Assembly (NCBI GenBank): GCA_013239625.1
Contig: MU056029.1
Location: forward strand, 496,001 to 560,000
Source of the DNA: Lama guanicoe
Lineage: Eukaryota
Length of the DNA: 64,000 nt
Direction: 5' to 3'
Part shown: positions 12,293 through 25,059 of the stretch, one piece after another
Position numbering within the stretch: position 1 is the stretch's first letter
How the letters are laid out: each line of letters opens with the position of its first letter
The notes under the pieces: model-generated
Told to the model about the DNA's origin: nothing
The model's database searches: none
The model's input: only the letters and a program-made list of their open reading frames with translations
Translations under genes and position numbers: made by a program

Positions 12293-12945
12293 TGCGTGCA
12301 CAGCCTGCACGCCCCCACTCACAGGACACGAAGATTTGTCCGCAAAGTCGGATTTAGATGCAGTCACGCTAGATTTCTTTCTGTGATAAACACTCAGATA
12401 CAAATGGATTAACCCCAAAACAGGGCTTTGCTTTTCATTTGGATTCCTTTCTTGGACTTTAAATACAGATATAAATTTTATCACATATCTAGCCCTATTT
12501 TACACATTTTCCCCTGCAAGTGTCTTATACTTACTAAGAGAAGAAAGCAGCTAATATTTCTAAAATGAAATCACTCTTCACTCTTAGAAAACTTACCTCC
12601 TAGACAGTAGCCATCACCAAACCCATTTTTCTGTTTTTATTGGAACATTTCATTTAAAAAAAAAATCTCTTCTTTCCGTTCGTATTTGACAGAACGATGG
12701 TCTAAGAAATAAAGAAGTTCTGTGCCTAAACCTAACAGTCAATCAACAAACACTCGAGGTGTTTAAGAAGAGTAAGGCTGAGGCATGAGCTGATTGGCTG
12801 GCAGGAGGTGGATGGGATCTTGGGAATTCAGGAGGCACCCTGGCCATGGAAAAGAGAGGAATGGCCTGAGGGTGAGGATGCCCCAGGTAGCCCAGGTATC
12901 ACTCCAGGAGGGGAAGGGGAGACCAGCAGCAAGCGAGACAGAGAA

Positions 12946-13462
12946 TGTAGTAGGGAAGAACAAATCTGACTTCATGTTAGATCTGTTCCTTTGGCTCTAA
13001 CCCTGTGCTCTGTTTCCTGGGCTCAGTCATACTGGTTCTGTGCCTCTTGTAAAAGAATGTTGCCCAGAGCCTGAAGTATACAGGAGAGCCCATTCTCTAG
13101 GCTCTGACCCTTAAGTGTGTAACACTCTCCCATTCATATAGAGACAAAGTTGCAGAACAGAGAATAACATTTGTCTTGTTGGAGGTTTTACAGGGGCACC
13201 ATGACCTGACCCACATGGACAGCTGCAAGAACAAAGGGTTCTAACACCAAGAAGTTTGCAACAAGCAACCACACCCCCTCCTTTTTAGTATAAAAGGAAC
13301 CTGAATTCTGACATGGGGAAGATGGTTCTCCAAGACATTAGTCCCCCATCTTCTCCATCTGCTGGCTTTCTGAATAAAGTCATTATTCCTTGCCCCAACA
13401 TTTCATCTCCCAATTTACTGGCCTATCGTGTGGTGAGCAGAACAAGTTTGGACTCGATAACA
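12946..13462 (+). mobile_element. ERV1-class solo LTR, family B, perfect 4-bp TSD AGAA
   Basis: TG...CA ends, TATAAAA near 13288, AATAAA near 13373, AGAA on both flanks. Confidence 0.92.
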
Positions 13463-14393
13463 AGAACAGAACCTGGACTTTTAAAGCAGGGGACCATTGC
13501 TTTGAAGTTCATTCAGAAGGCAAAGTATGAACCCAGCCGATAAAGAGCTGTCTTCACCTCTGCAGCTTTCAGACCTTTTAATTCATAAAGAGAGTTAGTT
13601 CTAACATTCATGAAGAAAATGAATTAAATTCCACGCTTGGTAGGTTGGACACAAAGATGTTCTAATTAAGTGTATTTCTAATAAAATTACACCCTCAGCC
13701 AAAAATACCTTCTCATCTGAAGCCAACATTTACAGTGGGGGGGGGGGGATTTAGAAAACAAAAATGGCTCTGGGAATTCTGGAAGAATCCAGGAAAGTAG
13801 CTGGAAGCTTTGACATCCCAATGACACAGCCATTTGTCACGGACTCCCAGGGAACACCCGCTGGCACCCTAAATGTATAACTCATGTGCGCCTTGATTCC
13901 ATTTCCCTGAAAACCTCTGACTTTCCCAGGAACAATTTCTCTTCATAAAAATAAATTGAACTTGACATCCTCCAAGTAAGAACAACACGATGTTCTGTGC
14001 CAGTGTGAGAAGCAGTTCCGGAGAAGTCCGTGGTCTAATAGAGCTTTGGACACGGAAGAGCCATCATTCGGACATTTACAAATGAAGTGCAGGGCCGTCC
14101 AAGGCTGAGCCGTTACCACTCACGCACGAAGAGAAAAGCCTCGCTTCATTTTCCCCAGTTTCGTTTCTATTTGATGTATTATGGCATCACGGTACCAAGA
14201 TTTAGCCCAGGGAATTTAGTGCAAAATGTATTTTAGTGACAAACGTGAAGAGTTGTATAGGGATTGAGTATAATAAGTCAAAGCAGGTTGGCGATTAATC
14301 CGGCTTAGCAGTTCAGCAATGTAAACGTCTGGTGTTTGTCTTTTAAAGAGTTTTAATTCCCCAAGGAGTCTCAATGTCTCATCTTTCATTTTT

Positions 14394-14527
14394 TCACAAA
14401 AAAAATCAGGGAGGGTTTATTAGGTTTGTTTACTTATTTAATTTCTTTTTTAATGGGGGTACTGGGGATGGAACCCAGGACCTCACACATGCTAAGCACG
14501 CGCTCTACCACTGAGCTCTACCCTCCC
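14394..14527 (-). mobile_element. vic-1-type SINE with 15-bp TSD
   Basis: TSD TCATCTTTCATTTTT at 14379 and 14532. Confidence 0.92.
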
Positions 14528-15959
14528 GTCATCATCTTTCATTTTTATTTGAGGCGATAAAATCCTATTTGCTTGAAATGGCTTAGATCCAGAAAGGTCG
14601 GACAGATCAGTCCGGGTGCCTCCACTGGCCACCCCTGCCCTGCTGAGCACATCCACACCGGCTGCCATCGCCCTTCCCGGTCCTGGGCGGAGGTTCCTTG
14701 GCTGTGTCTCAAGCGCTCTTAGCAGTGCTTTCACACTTACTAAAGGTCTGTCTTCCAACTACACGTATTATTTCCTAAGCGTCTACAAATCTTCAATAGA
14801 CTAATAAAATATAAAATAGTTCAAAAGTATCCTTGAGTTATGGTGAAGTTTTTTTTCTTTTTATGTGCAATCTTTCAAATGAAAGCTACTAAAAGTACGC
14901 TTTTGATATGTGCTCTAATTTCTGAAACGTTTAACTTGAAAGTGCCCTGGCACCTGCTTTGAAACACAAGCACTATCTATAACAGGACCCTTAAATCATT
15001 TTTACAGTTTCTTCCTGAACATCGTAGTCATGGGCCACTTTTGCTCGTGACTTTATAACAAGTGAATTATTATGCTCACAGCACTGAGGTCTTGGTCATG
15101 AAGAGCCTACAACCCAGCAGTCCTCATGGCAGGCCTGCGAGGCTTGAATGAGGACTGAGACCCTAGTCAGCATCAGGGGCTGTATCTTGAAGCATCTTTA
15201 GAATCCACACGCGTCGGCTGCATCACGTATACTCGCGGGTCACCCAGGCTTTCCCTCTGCTGTTGGCATCCCTGAATTCCTTGAAGAGGGCTACCTGAGG
15301 GCTCTTAGCTGGTCGCAAGAGGGCCTGGGGGTGAGCCTGCACCTTAACACTTGCAGTATCGTCTTCATCTGGTGCAGAATTCAGAGCAAGGCAAAGTTCC
15401 AACACCTCCTACCTTGATGTGCAGAGAACCACCTGTTTGGTTTGTTGGAGTTTTAAGACTTAACAATGCCTGGATGACAGGCGTGGTTACAGCATCAAGC
15501 ATGAGATGTTTTGACAGAAGGGACTTTTCAGAATGGGAGGCTCTCCCTGCAGTGTGACTTGGGTGGTTATGATGGTTAGGTTTGTTTTTTTTAAAATGAT
15601 GGTTAGTTTTATGTGTCTACTTGATTGGGCTAAGGGGTGCCCATAGAGCTGATAAAACATGGTTTCTGAGTGTGTCTGTGAGAAGTCAGCACCTGAGTTG
15701 GCAGGCTGAGTAAAGGAGATGGTCCTCACCAGTGCAGGTGGGCATCGCCCAACCTGCCGGGGGCCCAGACAGAACAGAAAAGCGGAGGGAGGAAGGAGGG
15801 AGTTGCTTTCTCCATTTGAGCCGGGATCCTCTCCTGCCTTTAGACATCAGACTCCCAGTTCTCAGGTCCTCAGACTCCGCTTGGAGCCTCATACGCCCTT
15901 CTTGAGTCTCTGATACACAGACAGCAGATCACGGGACTTCTCAGCCTCCACAGTGGTTT

Positions 15960-16478
15960 TGAGACAGGAGGGAAGGGGGCAGGGCACAACAATTAAAAGA
16001 AAGACACAGCAATTAGCACCAAGATGGTGGGAGATCCATCTCCCAGTGAACCTGGAGCTTCAATAGACGCTCGTTGAAATATACTAGCTGCTAAATGGCC
16101 CTCGCACAGGCACCATGAAAGTGCCAAGGCTGACTATAAAAGGTCGAAAAGTGGGCAATGGCCCACTGGGAATCCCCATCCCTTCCCCCAAGTAGCTGGA
16201 ATAATCCTCGCACTCGTTAGCATATGGAGTTACCGAGCTCATAAAAGCTACCAACCCCGCACCTCGTGGCCACTCTGGCCTTCTGAGACAGCCCACACTT
16301 GGTCTATGGAGTGTGCATCTCTCTGAATAAAGAATAAATTCAGTTTTACTCAACTATGACTCACTCTTGAATTCTTTCCTGTGTGAAAGTAAGGAGCCTA
16401 ACTTGGCAGGGTGCGTCCCAGGGACACAACCAAGACCTGGGACACGGCCATCCTCTCGCCCCACATTTTCCTCTATTA
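15960..16478 (+). mobile_element. ERV1-class solo LTR, family D, TSD GTTT
   Basis: TGAGACAGGAGGGAAGGGGGCAGGGCAC start, AATAAA near 16326, GTTT on both flanks. Confidence 0.92.
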
Positions 16479-16511
16479 GTTTGAGCCAACCCTCCATAAT
16501 GCATCTCTTCC

Positions 16512-16882
16512 TGTTGTTAAACATGGTGGAAGAAGACAGTCTAGAGGCAACGGAACTGCATTCAACCCCTCATGAAGCAGACAATCTCCTTTCGGAGAAT
16601 GGCAAAATGAGGCAAAAAGCAGGAAGATTTTCTAGGATAAAGAATAAAGAACACAGAAGAGACAAATACAAAATATCTGATTGGCTGTGGCCACAGAGTC
16701 ACCCTCACTGGGGGAGAGAAGGCCCAGAGCGGGCTTGCTGTTTGGGGAGAGGCTGATTGGATAGAAAGTGTGTCTGATTCGGAGGAGCATTTACACGGTC
16801 ACAAAAGAGATCTGTTTGGTTTGCCCATGTGGCACCTCGGGCACGAGCCTGTGCGTCTTGGGCCTAGAAAGTTATTTCATCA
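16512..16882 (-). mobile_element. ERV LTR (MER4-group-like) nested in MLT2
   Basis: TGTTG...TCA ends and repeated CTGATTGG boxes. Interrupts the MLT2 continuity. Confidence 0.55.
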
Positions 16883-17490
16883 CTCTATCTCTAGATAGCC
16901 CACTGGCTCTGTTTCTCTGGGGAACCCTGACTAATACAGGGGAGGGCTCCCTAAAGCACCAGGAGGATGCTGGAAACAGAAGTCTGTGTCTGAAGAAATT
17001 GGAATCCAAGCCACAGGAAAAAAGGAGGGAAGGAAGGGAGGAAGGACAAAGGGGACTTTCCCAGGCCTCTTCTTCGAGCCCCAGAGCTGCCAGCCCCTCC
17101 CAGTGGGTGCCTGCTGGGGGGAAAGACTGGGGAGCTGGGGGACCCCTCCCTCCACCCTCCCCAACCCCTCCCCAGCACCTCCCTATAGAGAGGCAGGTTC
17201 CCCAGACGTCCCGACCCGCTTTCGCTGTCACACGTGGGCCAGCTACTTGGGTGGAGCGGGTTCTTAGCAGGACTGTGCGTTGAATCCTGATGTACTGCAG
17301 GAGTTTAAATATACCTAAGCGTTGTTTTTCCGTTAGTATAAAACCGCTTTTTCAGTGTTTACTCTGAAACCTTTCATATAGAGGGCTACAAACTGCGTTA
17401 CAATTTTACCTCCAGCAGAGAGGTCCACCCACTTAGAAGCTGTTCTGACCACAGTCCCACTTCCGAATTCTCTTCCTGGGTTTCTTTTCA

Positions 17491-17612
17491 ATTAATTTTT
17501 TGCGGGGTAATTAGGTTTCTTTATCTGTTTATTTAATGGAGGCACTGGGGATTGAATCTGGGACCTTTTGCATGCTAGGCATGCGCTCTACCCCTGAGCT
17601 ACCCCCTCCCCC
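17491..17612 (-). mobile_element. vic-1-type SINE
   Basis: GGTAATTAGGTTT...GGCACTGGGGATTGAATCTGGGACC...CTCTACCCCTGAGCTACCCCCTCCCC. Confidence 0.9.
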
Positions 17613-18496
17613 TCTGTCTTCGGTTTTGACTCCCAGCTCTCAGCTTGCTTCCCAGCAGGTCTAGCCGCTTTCTCTCTCTCTCATCTTACTGGGAGGAAGC
17701 CCCACCGGCCTCCTGAGAGAGTCCCCGTGGCCACGTCTTACAGACTGGGAAATGGAACAGGAGCCACGGTGCGCAAGGGCCCGAGGGTCCGGCTGGGGGG
17801 TCCAGCTCCAGGGTGGACCCCCTCTCCCCCTCTCTCCCAGCTCCGGGTGGACCCCTCTTCCCCAGATGAGTCATCTAAGCTGTCACCTCATCAGTCTGTC
17901 CCCATTTAGGGCCCTGGGAGCTCGGTCTGGGAGGAGAGGGGTCCTGGTCGAGGCTTACTGCACCCTCTGCCAGTGTCCTCTGCGTCTGAGGATGGAAGTG
18001 GGGCAAGTAAGCGGGGGTCTGTCTCCCTTTTAAAAGCAAAGTAACACCACTAGCCCAGAAAACACGCTGCTGAGTGGTAGTTTCATTTTTTCTCTGGGGG
18101 TGCATTCCTGGCGAGGGCCCGGGGGAGGACGCGGGAGAAAGGTGGCAGCCGACAGCTGTCAGAGGGGACGCGTCCGCCAGCCCCTGGGCACCAGGGGTGG
18201 CAGCTGCTGGAAGGCATTTAGGGAAACCGTGCCCGGGTGTCTGAGGAGCAGGCTCTCCGTCATGCTGCCTAGACGCCCTGCTTGTCTGGGCTGCAGAGGG
18301 ACTCCATGCAGGGAGGTTTAGTGGCTCTGCTCCTGGCTTTGGGGGGGGGTGTTCTGGTGCGTCCCCCACCTCCCCAGCCCACACCCTGTGAAACAGAGAA
18401 ACATCTCTGAGGAGAGGAGAACCCCCTGGAGGTTCCTGGGTCCTAGGCCATATACATACTCTAAGGACGGGCCTCTGAATTTTTCTTTCCTGAACA

Positions 18497-19260
18497 AATT
18501 ATTTATTTTTTAAAATTCTGGTAAAATGAGTGAGGGAAAAGTATAGCTCAGTGGTGGAGTGCATGCCTACCATGCGCAAGGTCCTGGATTCAATCCCCGG
18601 TGCCTCCATTAAAATAAGTACACAAGCAAATGCTTAAATACATAAATAAACCTAATTACCCCCCCAAAATTAAAAAAAAATTTAAACTAAAAAATTTATT
18701 TTTAATTCTGGTAAAATACCCATAGTATAAAATTTATCATTAAGTGTCAGTTCAGTGATACCAAATACACACACAGTGTTTCTCAACTGTCACCGCCATC
18801 CATCCACAGAACTCATCTTCCCAAACTGAAACTCCATACCCATTAAACACCCACCTCCCCATCCCCCATCCCCCCAGCGCCCGGCAGCCACCATCCGCTT
18901 CCCGCCTCTCTGACGTCAGCTGCTCCAGGTGCCTCACAGAGATGGGATCATACAGGATTTGTCCTGTGAGCGGCTTATTTCCCTTAGTGCAATGTCCTCC
19001 ACGCTCTCTGCGGTGTAGCCTGTGTCAGGACTCCCTTTAAGGCTGAATAGTGTCTCGTTGCACGGAGAGACCGCATTGGGTATCCAGGCATCTGCTGATG
19101 GGCATTTGAGTTGTTTCCATCTTTCGGTTACTGTGAGTAACGCTGCTACGAACACTGCTGTGCAAATGCCTCCCTCTGTCCCTGCTTTCCATCCTTTTGC
19201 GTATAGATCCAGAAGTGGAATTACTTGGTCATGCGGTAATTCTACTTGAAATCTTTTTAA
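18497..19260 (-). mobile_element. Older L1 (L1MB-like) 3' region with a SINE inserted in its tail
   Basis: Minus ORF 18934-19155 FVAALLTVTERWKQLKCPS is the L1 ORF2 C-terminus, followed by a typical 3' UTR. Confidence 0.85.
18532..18702 (+). mobile_element. vic-1-type SINE with TSD
   Basis: GTATAGCTCAGTGGTGGAGTGCATGCC head. TSD AATTCTGGTAAAAT on both sides. Confidence 0.92.
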
Positions 19261-19975
19261 GGATAGCCACCCCTGAATACGTCTGCTTTCAAATCAGATT
19301 TGGTGGACGAACGTGCTTCCGTCCCTCATCCGCTCCCCACGTTTTCAACTGGACTCACTGAGTGTGTTCTACCCGCGACAAGGAACCAGGCTTTGGAAAG
19401 CTAGTTAATTAGAGACGCTGAGCGAGGCTGGCTGCATCAACCCTCAAGATCCGTCCTTTCCAGGAAGGCATTTTGTCAAGGGCACCACATTGAAAGTACT
19501 TACTTATGCTATGAAAGTAAATGCTGCCAGTTAAACAGCACAGAGGTTTGACTCCAAGTTCTTTAGATTTATAGCTTCTTCCTAATTTGAGAAAAAGTGT
19601 TTATTTAATTTAATTTTCATTTTTCATTTCATTTCATTTTATATCTTTCTCTTTGTTGTTTTTTTGGTCAGCCCCAAATTGACAGAGCTAAGAGGTGGCC
19701 AACTCATGGGATGTGCACCGCCTTGAACGGCCTGCGTGGTGGTTGGTCAGTGTGAACTTCAAGTTACTGAAGAGAAACCATAACCCACAGCGCCCCCGGA
19801 AGGTGGGGGAAGCTCTTTGAAAGCCCTTTATAGCACAGACCACTGTTAGGTGATCTTCACAGACATCCCGTGGAGGAGGGGGTAAGATATTTCCTCCCAC
19901 AAATTTTAAATTTTAAAGACTTTTTTTTTTTTAACAAAAAGAGCATTTCAAACATTCACAAAAGTAGAATAGCAT

Positions 19976-20497
19976 TGTTACCGAGTCCAAACTCGTTCTG
20001 CTCACAGCACGACAGGCCCACAGATCAGGAGACGAGGTGTTGGGGCAAGGAATACCGACTTTATTCAGAAAGCTGGCAGAGCGAGAGAATGGCAGGCTAA
20101 TGTCTTGGAGAACTATCTTACTCAAGTCAGAATTCAGGCTCCTTTTATACTAAAAAGGGGAGGGGGTGTGGTTGCTTATTGCAAACTTCTCCATGTAGGA
20201 ATTCTTTGTTCCTGCAGCTGTCCACATGGGTCTGGTCATGGTGCCCCTGTAAAACCTCCAACAAAACAAATGTTATTTTCTATTCTGCAACTTGTCATCT
20301 TTATATAAGTGCAAAAGTGTTAATATCCTTAAAGGTCACAGCCCTGAGAATAGGCTCCCCTGTCTATTTCAGGCTAAAGGCAACACTGTTTTACAAAAGG
20401 TACAGAGCCAGCAAGACTGAGCCTAGAAAACAGGGCACAGGGTTAAAGCCAAAGGAACAGATCTAATGTGGAGTCAGATTTGTTCTTTTCTGTTACA
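19976..20497 (-). mobile_element. ERV1-class solo LTR, family B
   Basis: Reverse complement aligns end to end with 12946-13462. TSD GCAT/GTAT. Confidence 0.92.
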
Positions 20498-20759
20498 GTA
20501 TTGGCATCCTGTTGTTTCACCAAGAAATAATTGCAGTGTGCATCTCTCATTGAAAAGAACATGATTTTTTGTTTGTTGTTTTTCCGCATGTAGCTGCCTT
20601 GCTCAATGAAATTAACAACAGTTCCTGAATATTTTCTTATGTGCATCCTATAATAAAAAATGCTTATGCCTTAGGAATGCCTTTCACCATTGGATCATTC
20701 TAGTGCAAATCTAAACACGACCCACATGTGACACTGGGTTGTTGTGTCTCTAAAGTCAC

Positions 20760-21264
20760 TGTCAGGAAGGGGGAAATCCCCCGACCCCCCTGAGTTCTTT
20801 TGGCTGGACTAATACACAAAACAGATTAACAGGAGAAAAAGAAATACATTTTAATTCATATGCATGGAGGTCCCATAGAAATGGACCCAAGTGGCCAAAG
20901 CTTCTATACTTTTTAGACAAAGAAATAATAAATTTCTGAGGAATTGACAGAACAAAGAAACTTAGGGGCTTTTTGGAGTGCCCAATTAGTGAGGAATATA
21001 AACAGATTAAAGAAGTAACAAGATTTGCTTGTTATATAGGCTTCTTGGCTGGAAATCACTCTCTTTGGTGATAAAGTTGTCTTTCTACCTCCGGTGCACT
21101 GAGAGCATCTTTCACATGAGAGATTTATTTTCTGCTTTCAGAGAGACAGAGAGGAGGGTCTCAGTGTCCCTCTTGTGTTGGTCATTTCTTTAGTAACTTT
21201 AATTCAAAATAATCAATATGCCATTGAGGCATATTTGGGGAGCAGCCTAACCTGGGCTCCAACA
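20760..21264 (-). mobile_element. ERV1-class solo LTR (MER34/LTR39-like)
   Basis: TGTCAGG...CAACA ends, ACAGATTAACAGGAGAAAA motif, TSD TCAC/TGAC. Related to 31235-31759. Confidence 0.75.
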
Positions 21265-21277
21265 TGACTCTCTCTCT

Positions 21278-21443
21278 CTTTTTTTTTAATATATTTTAAT
21301 TTTAGAACAGTTTTAGATTAACAGAAAAATTGGTAATAAGAGTGCAGAGAATTCCTGTATGCGCCTGTTCATGGTCCCACTTTTATTAACATCTTACATC
21401 AATGTGGCACACCTGTTGTAATTAGTGAGCCAATAGTGATATA
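21278..21443 (-). mobile_element. Old L1 (L1MC/MD-like) 3' end fragment
   Basis: TTTTAGAACAGTTTTAGATTAACAGAAAAATTG...TATTAACATCTTACAT, followed by a short MLT2-like stub CAGGGTTCTCCAGAGAAA. Confidence 0.65.
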
Positions 21444-21492
21444 TGTACTCCTCAGGGTTCTCCAGAGAAATAGGGCCAATGAGATGTCTATC

Positions 21493-21960
21493 TTTATTTG
21501 TTTTTTTAATTGAAGTATAATTGCTCTACAATATTATATAAGTTACAGGTGTACACTATAGTGATTCATACTTTTTAAAAGTTATACTCCATTTATAGTT
21601 ATAAAATATTGGCTATATTCTCTGTGTTGTACCATATATCCTTGTAGCTTATTTTATACATAATAGTTTGTATCTCTTTATCCCCTACCCCTCTAATACC
21701 CATCCCCCCACCCCCTCTCCGCTGGTAACCACTAGATTGTTCTCTATATCTGTGAGTCTGCTTCTTTTTTGTTATACTCACTAGTTTGTTGTATTTTTTA
21801 CATTTAAGTGTTGTATTTCACATATAAGTTATATCATACAATATTTGTCTTTCTCTGCCTGACTTATTTCACTCAGCATAATACCCTCCAAGTCCATCAA
21901 TGGTATTGTAAGTGGCAACATTTCAGTCTTTCATTCTTTTTTATGACTGAGTAGTATTCC

Positions 21961-21994
<34 letters not shown>

Positions 21995-22392
21995 ACATCT
22001 TCTTTATCTATTCATCTGTTAATGGACATATAAGTTGCTACCGTATCTTGGCAATTGTAAATGATGCCACTAGGAACATGGTGGGGCATGTATGTTTTCA
22101 AATTAGTGTTTTTCTTTCTTTCAGATATATATCCAGGAGTGGAACTGCTGGGTCATTTGGTAGTTCTATTTTTAGGTTTTTGGGGAACCTCCATACTATT
22201 TTCCACAGTGGCTGCACCAATTTACTTTCCCACCAACAGTGTAGGAAGGTTCCCTTTCATCCACATCCTTGTCAATATTTGTTAATTGTGGTCTTTTTGA
22301 TGATGACCATTCTGACAGGTGTGAGTTGATACCTTGTTGTGGTTGTGATTTGCATTTCCTTGTTGATTAGCGATGTTAAGCATCTTTTTATT
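21493..22392 (-). mobile_element. L1 3' portion (ORF2 end and 3' UTR) containing a (TG)n tract
   Basis: TTGAAGTATAATTG...CTCCATACTATTTTCCACAGTGGCTGCACCAATTTAC...TGATTTGCATTTC. Confidence 0.92.
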
Positions 22393-22656
22393 TCTTGTCT
22401 GTTTGGTAGGGAAGTGCTTTCTCCAAGCCCTAGATGGAAACTCTTTCTCAAATTTTCCAGGATACATAATTAGCATCAAAATTAAAAGACCCTCCTTGTT
22501 TCCTCTTTGCAATATGACATGGAAATAACAGTCAAGAGTGGAATCACAGCTTCAGAAAGAGCTGAAAAAAATTGCTTTCCTTAAACAGAAGTTCACGAAC
22601 TCCTCCTTCTTCAAAGAGTAGCGAGAAGTATCACTATTTGTGTTTGTGTCAGGGAT

Positions 22657-23412
22657 AATTGGAGAAGTTCCAGCTGCCATAACAAAGCACCACAGATTGG
22701 GTGCCTCAAGCAACAGAAATGCACAACCTAATAGTCCCGGAGGCTGGGCGTCCATGTTGGCAAGGTCGACTTGGGGGGCCTCTTTCCTTGGTTTGTAGAT
22801 GGCTGTCTCCTCCCTGTGTCTTCACACGGTCTTCCCTCTGTGCCTGTCTGTGTCCTTTATCTCCTCTTCTAAGGACACCAGTCAGATTGGATCAGGGAAG
22901 AGCGAGTGCTTAGCATGCACAAGGTCCTGGGTCCAATCCCCAGTCCCTCCATTAAAAATAAATACATAAATAAACCTAATTATCTATACCCCCCAAAGGA
23001 ATCATGTTACAAATAGATCTAAAATTGTATTTGTATTTAAGTATTTGATTATGTTGCATGTTGTTACACTGTTATTTCCTTCATGTACCATGTTCTTTCT
23101 CCCATATTTTACTTTCTTCTTGAATTGACACTTCTGCATGTAGGTAGGTCCAGCCTCCTCCTCTTCTATGCCTGTCTCATTCTACTGTAATTAACGTGGT
23201 CTGGCCCACTAAGAACCTAAAAATCAGAGATTAGGCTTTAGAATGGAGGAAGGAGGTTATACTAAGTTTGACATCTGAAAGCTTTATACTTGTAGCGACC
23301 TCAGTGAATTTAATCACTGCTTTAAAGACCCCGTCTCCAAGTACAAGCACACGCTGAGGGATTGGTGTTTGGGACATACACATTTTGGGAGATCACAGTT
23401 CAGCCCATAATA
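22657..23412 (-). mobile_element. MLT1 (MaLR) LTR split at 22897/23296
   Basis: GCTGCCATAACAAAGCACCACAGATTGGGTG...AAGGACACCAGTCAGATTGGATCAGGG, then GACCTCAG...CACAGTTCAGCCCATAATA. Confidence 0.8.
22899..22997 (+). mobile_element. vic-1-type SINE, 5'-truncated
   Basis: AGAGCGAGTGCTTAGCATGCACAAGGTCCTGGGTCCAATCCCCAG...AAACCTAATTA. Confidence 0.88.
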
Positions 23413-23729
23413 TGTAATGTTGTGTATTTTTTGAAAGTTCTGCCTTCAAATATGTGCGAGTTCATTGGGTTGCATTGTAAAGTTTATTCCCTATTGTACA
23501 GGTCTTTTTCCTCTATCTCATGGGCCCTGGTGTCTGAGAAACACAGGCTGGGTGATTCACTGATAGGATGTCCTGCTTTGCCCTCCTTCTCCTTGGGATG
23601 GGGTGGAGATTGCAGGATGTGGAAGCCAGCGAAGAAGGGTAGGAGCAGATTATGAGATGACTCTTTGCACTTCCGATTCTCCTTCATTTGATTGCTGTTT
23701 GTTTGCCTTTGGTTTTCAGTAGCATCCAG

Positions 23730-24020
23730 ATTGTGGCAGCTCCCTGACGTTGTAGGACTGAGGTCCCAATTCCTTGCTCATCACTGGCCTGGGACACTCT
23801 TAACCTCTACAGGGTGGTCTCAGGTCCTTGGCCCCCTGCTCCCTGCAGCTCAGCAACCCAAAACCTCTTCTCATAAATCCCCTGTCTGGTTTTCCCTTCT
23901 GCTTTTCAAGGCACATGTAATTAGACCAGGCCCAAATGGGCGGTCTCCCTTTTGACAAATTCAGAATCAATGAATTAGTCACTTTAATTATGTCTGCACA
24001 ATCCTCCTTGCCGTGCAGCT
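23730..24020 (-). mobile_element. MLT1 (MaLR) LTR fragment
   Basis: GTTGTAGGACTGAGGTCCC...GGCACATGTAATTAGACCAGGCCCA...TTAATTATGTCTGCACAATCC. Confidence 0.6.
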
Positions 24021-25059
24021 CTTCCATCATGGTCACCATCCCAGTGATTCTGGCAAAAGCCCTGGGGCCATATTAGATTCTGCTCAGCACAGGCCCAGAC
24101 CCAGCAAGGTGACCAGTAAACCTGCATTTGATCAGTAGAGATGCCAATTATTTGTGTCCAGTGGACATGATCATACCAAAGGCTTGAGTGTTTGTTTGTC
24201 TGTTTTTGCCTCATTTGAGCCGGATTTGTCCCTAACTTGGCAAAGGTACTTCAGCGGCACTTGGCCTCCTTCCCTCCTAGGTGATGGCCTGGGCTTTGTT
24301 CTATGGACTCTTTGAATCGCTCTGCCACCCTGCTGGGCCCTTTGCTGCTGGGCAGACAGAGCTCTGACACACGTGTGGTCTATATTTGCATGGAGTCCTG
24401 GCTTTAGCTGTTTGACAGGGCAATTCAGTTTTCCAGGAGGCCTGGACCTGCAGCTTCTAAGGCTTTCTGTTCCCTCTTTTTCTTACCATAAACCCCTGAC
24501 TGATTGGGCTCACCTGTCGCTCTGCCTTTTGAACAAAAAGGTGTAGAATTTCACCTCCTTGCATGACCTTTTGTCATTAAAAGTTTGCACAGTGACTGGC
24601 ATCTTTAAAAAGAGCTTGGTGGAATGCACGCTGCCAGGTGTGGGAGTTTTTGGAGCAGACAGGGATGGAGAAGTTGAGCAGAGGGAAAATGACACCCATC
24701 GCACAGTGGTGACCTCCAGGTCCGTCCCTCCGGGCAGAGAGGGCAGGGCTGGGCCAAGGTTTGGACTACTGTTATGGAACTTTCTGACCATGGGCAATGT
24801 CAGACCTCACTGAGACAGAGCTTTCCTTACCTGCAAAGCCGGGGGTACCACCTGCTTCCCCGCGTTTGCAGGTAGCCCTATCTCAGGTCTAAAGCAGACC
24901 CCGTGACATGGCAGGTAAGTAGTCTTGCTCCCTCATCTAGGGGTAGGTTGTGGTGACTTAACCATCCCCCTAGCCCACCCCAGCATGGCCTTTGTCACCA
25001 CTCAGGCCACAGATCCGGAGTGTCCAGCCTGAGCCTTTGAGACTAGTCTTCCCTGACCC

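Larger units (their letters stand above)
15595..16938 (+). mobile_element. MLT2 (ERVL) LTR split into three pieces by two nested LTRs
   Basis: GATGGTTAGTTTTATGTGTCTACTTGATTGGGCTAAGGG start and ...TTTCTCTGGGGAACCCTGACTAATACA end. Pieces at 15595-15959, 16479-16511 and ~16883-16938. Confidence 0.85.
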
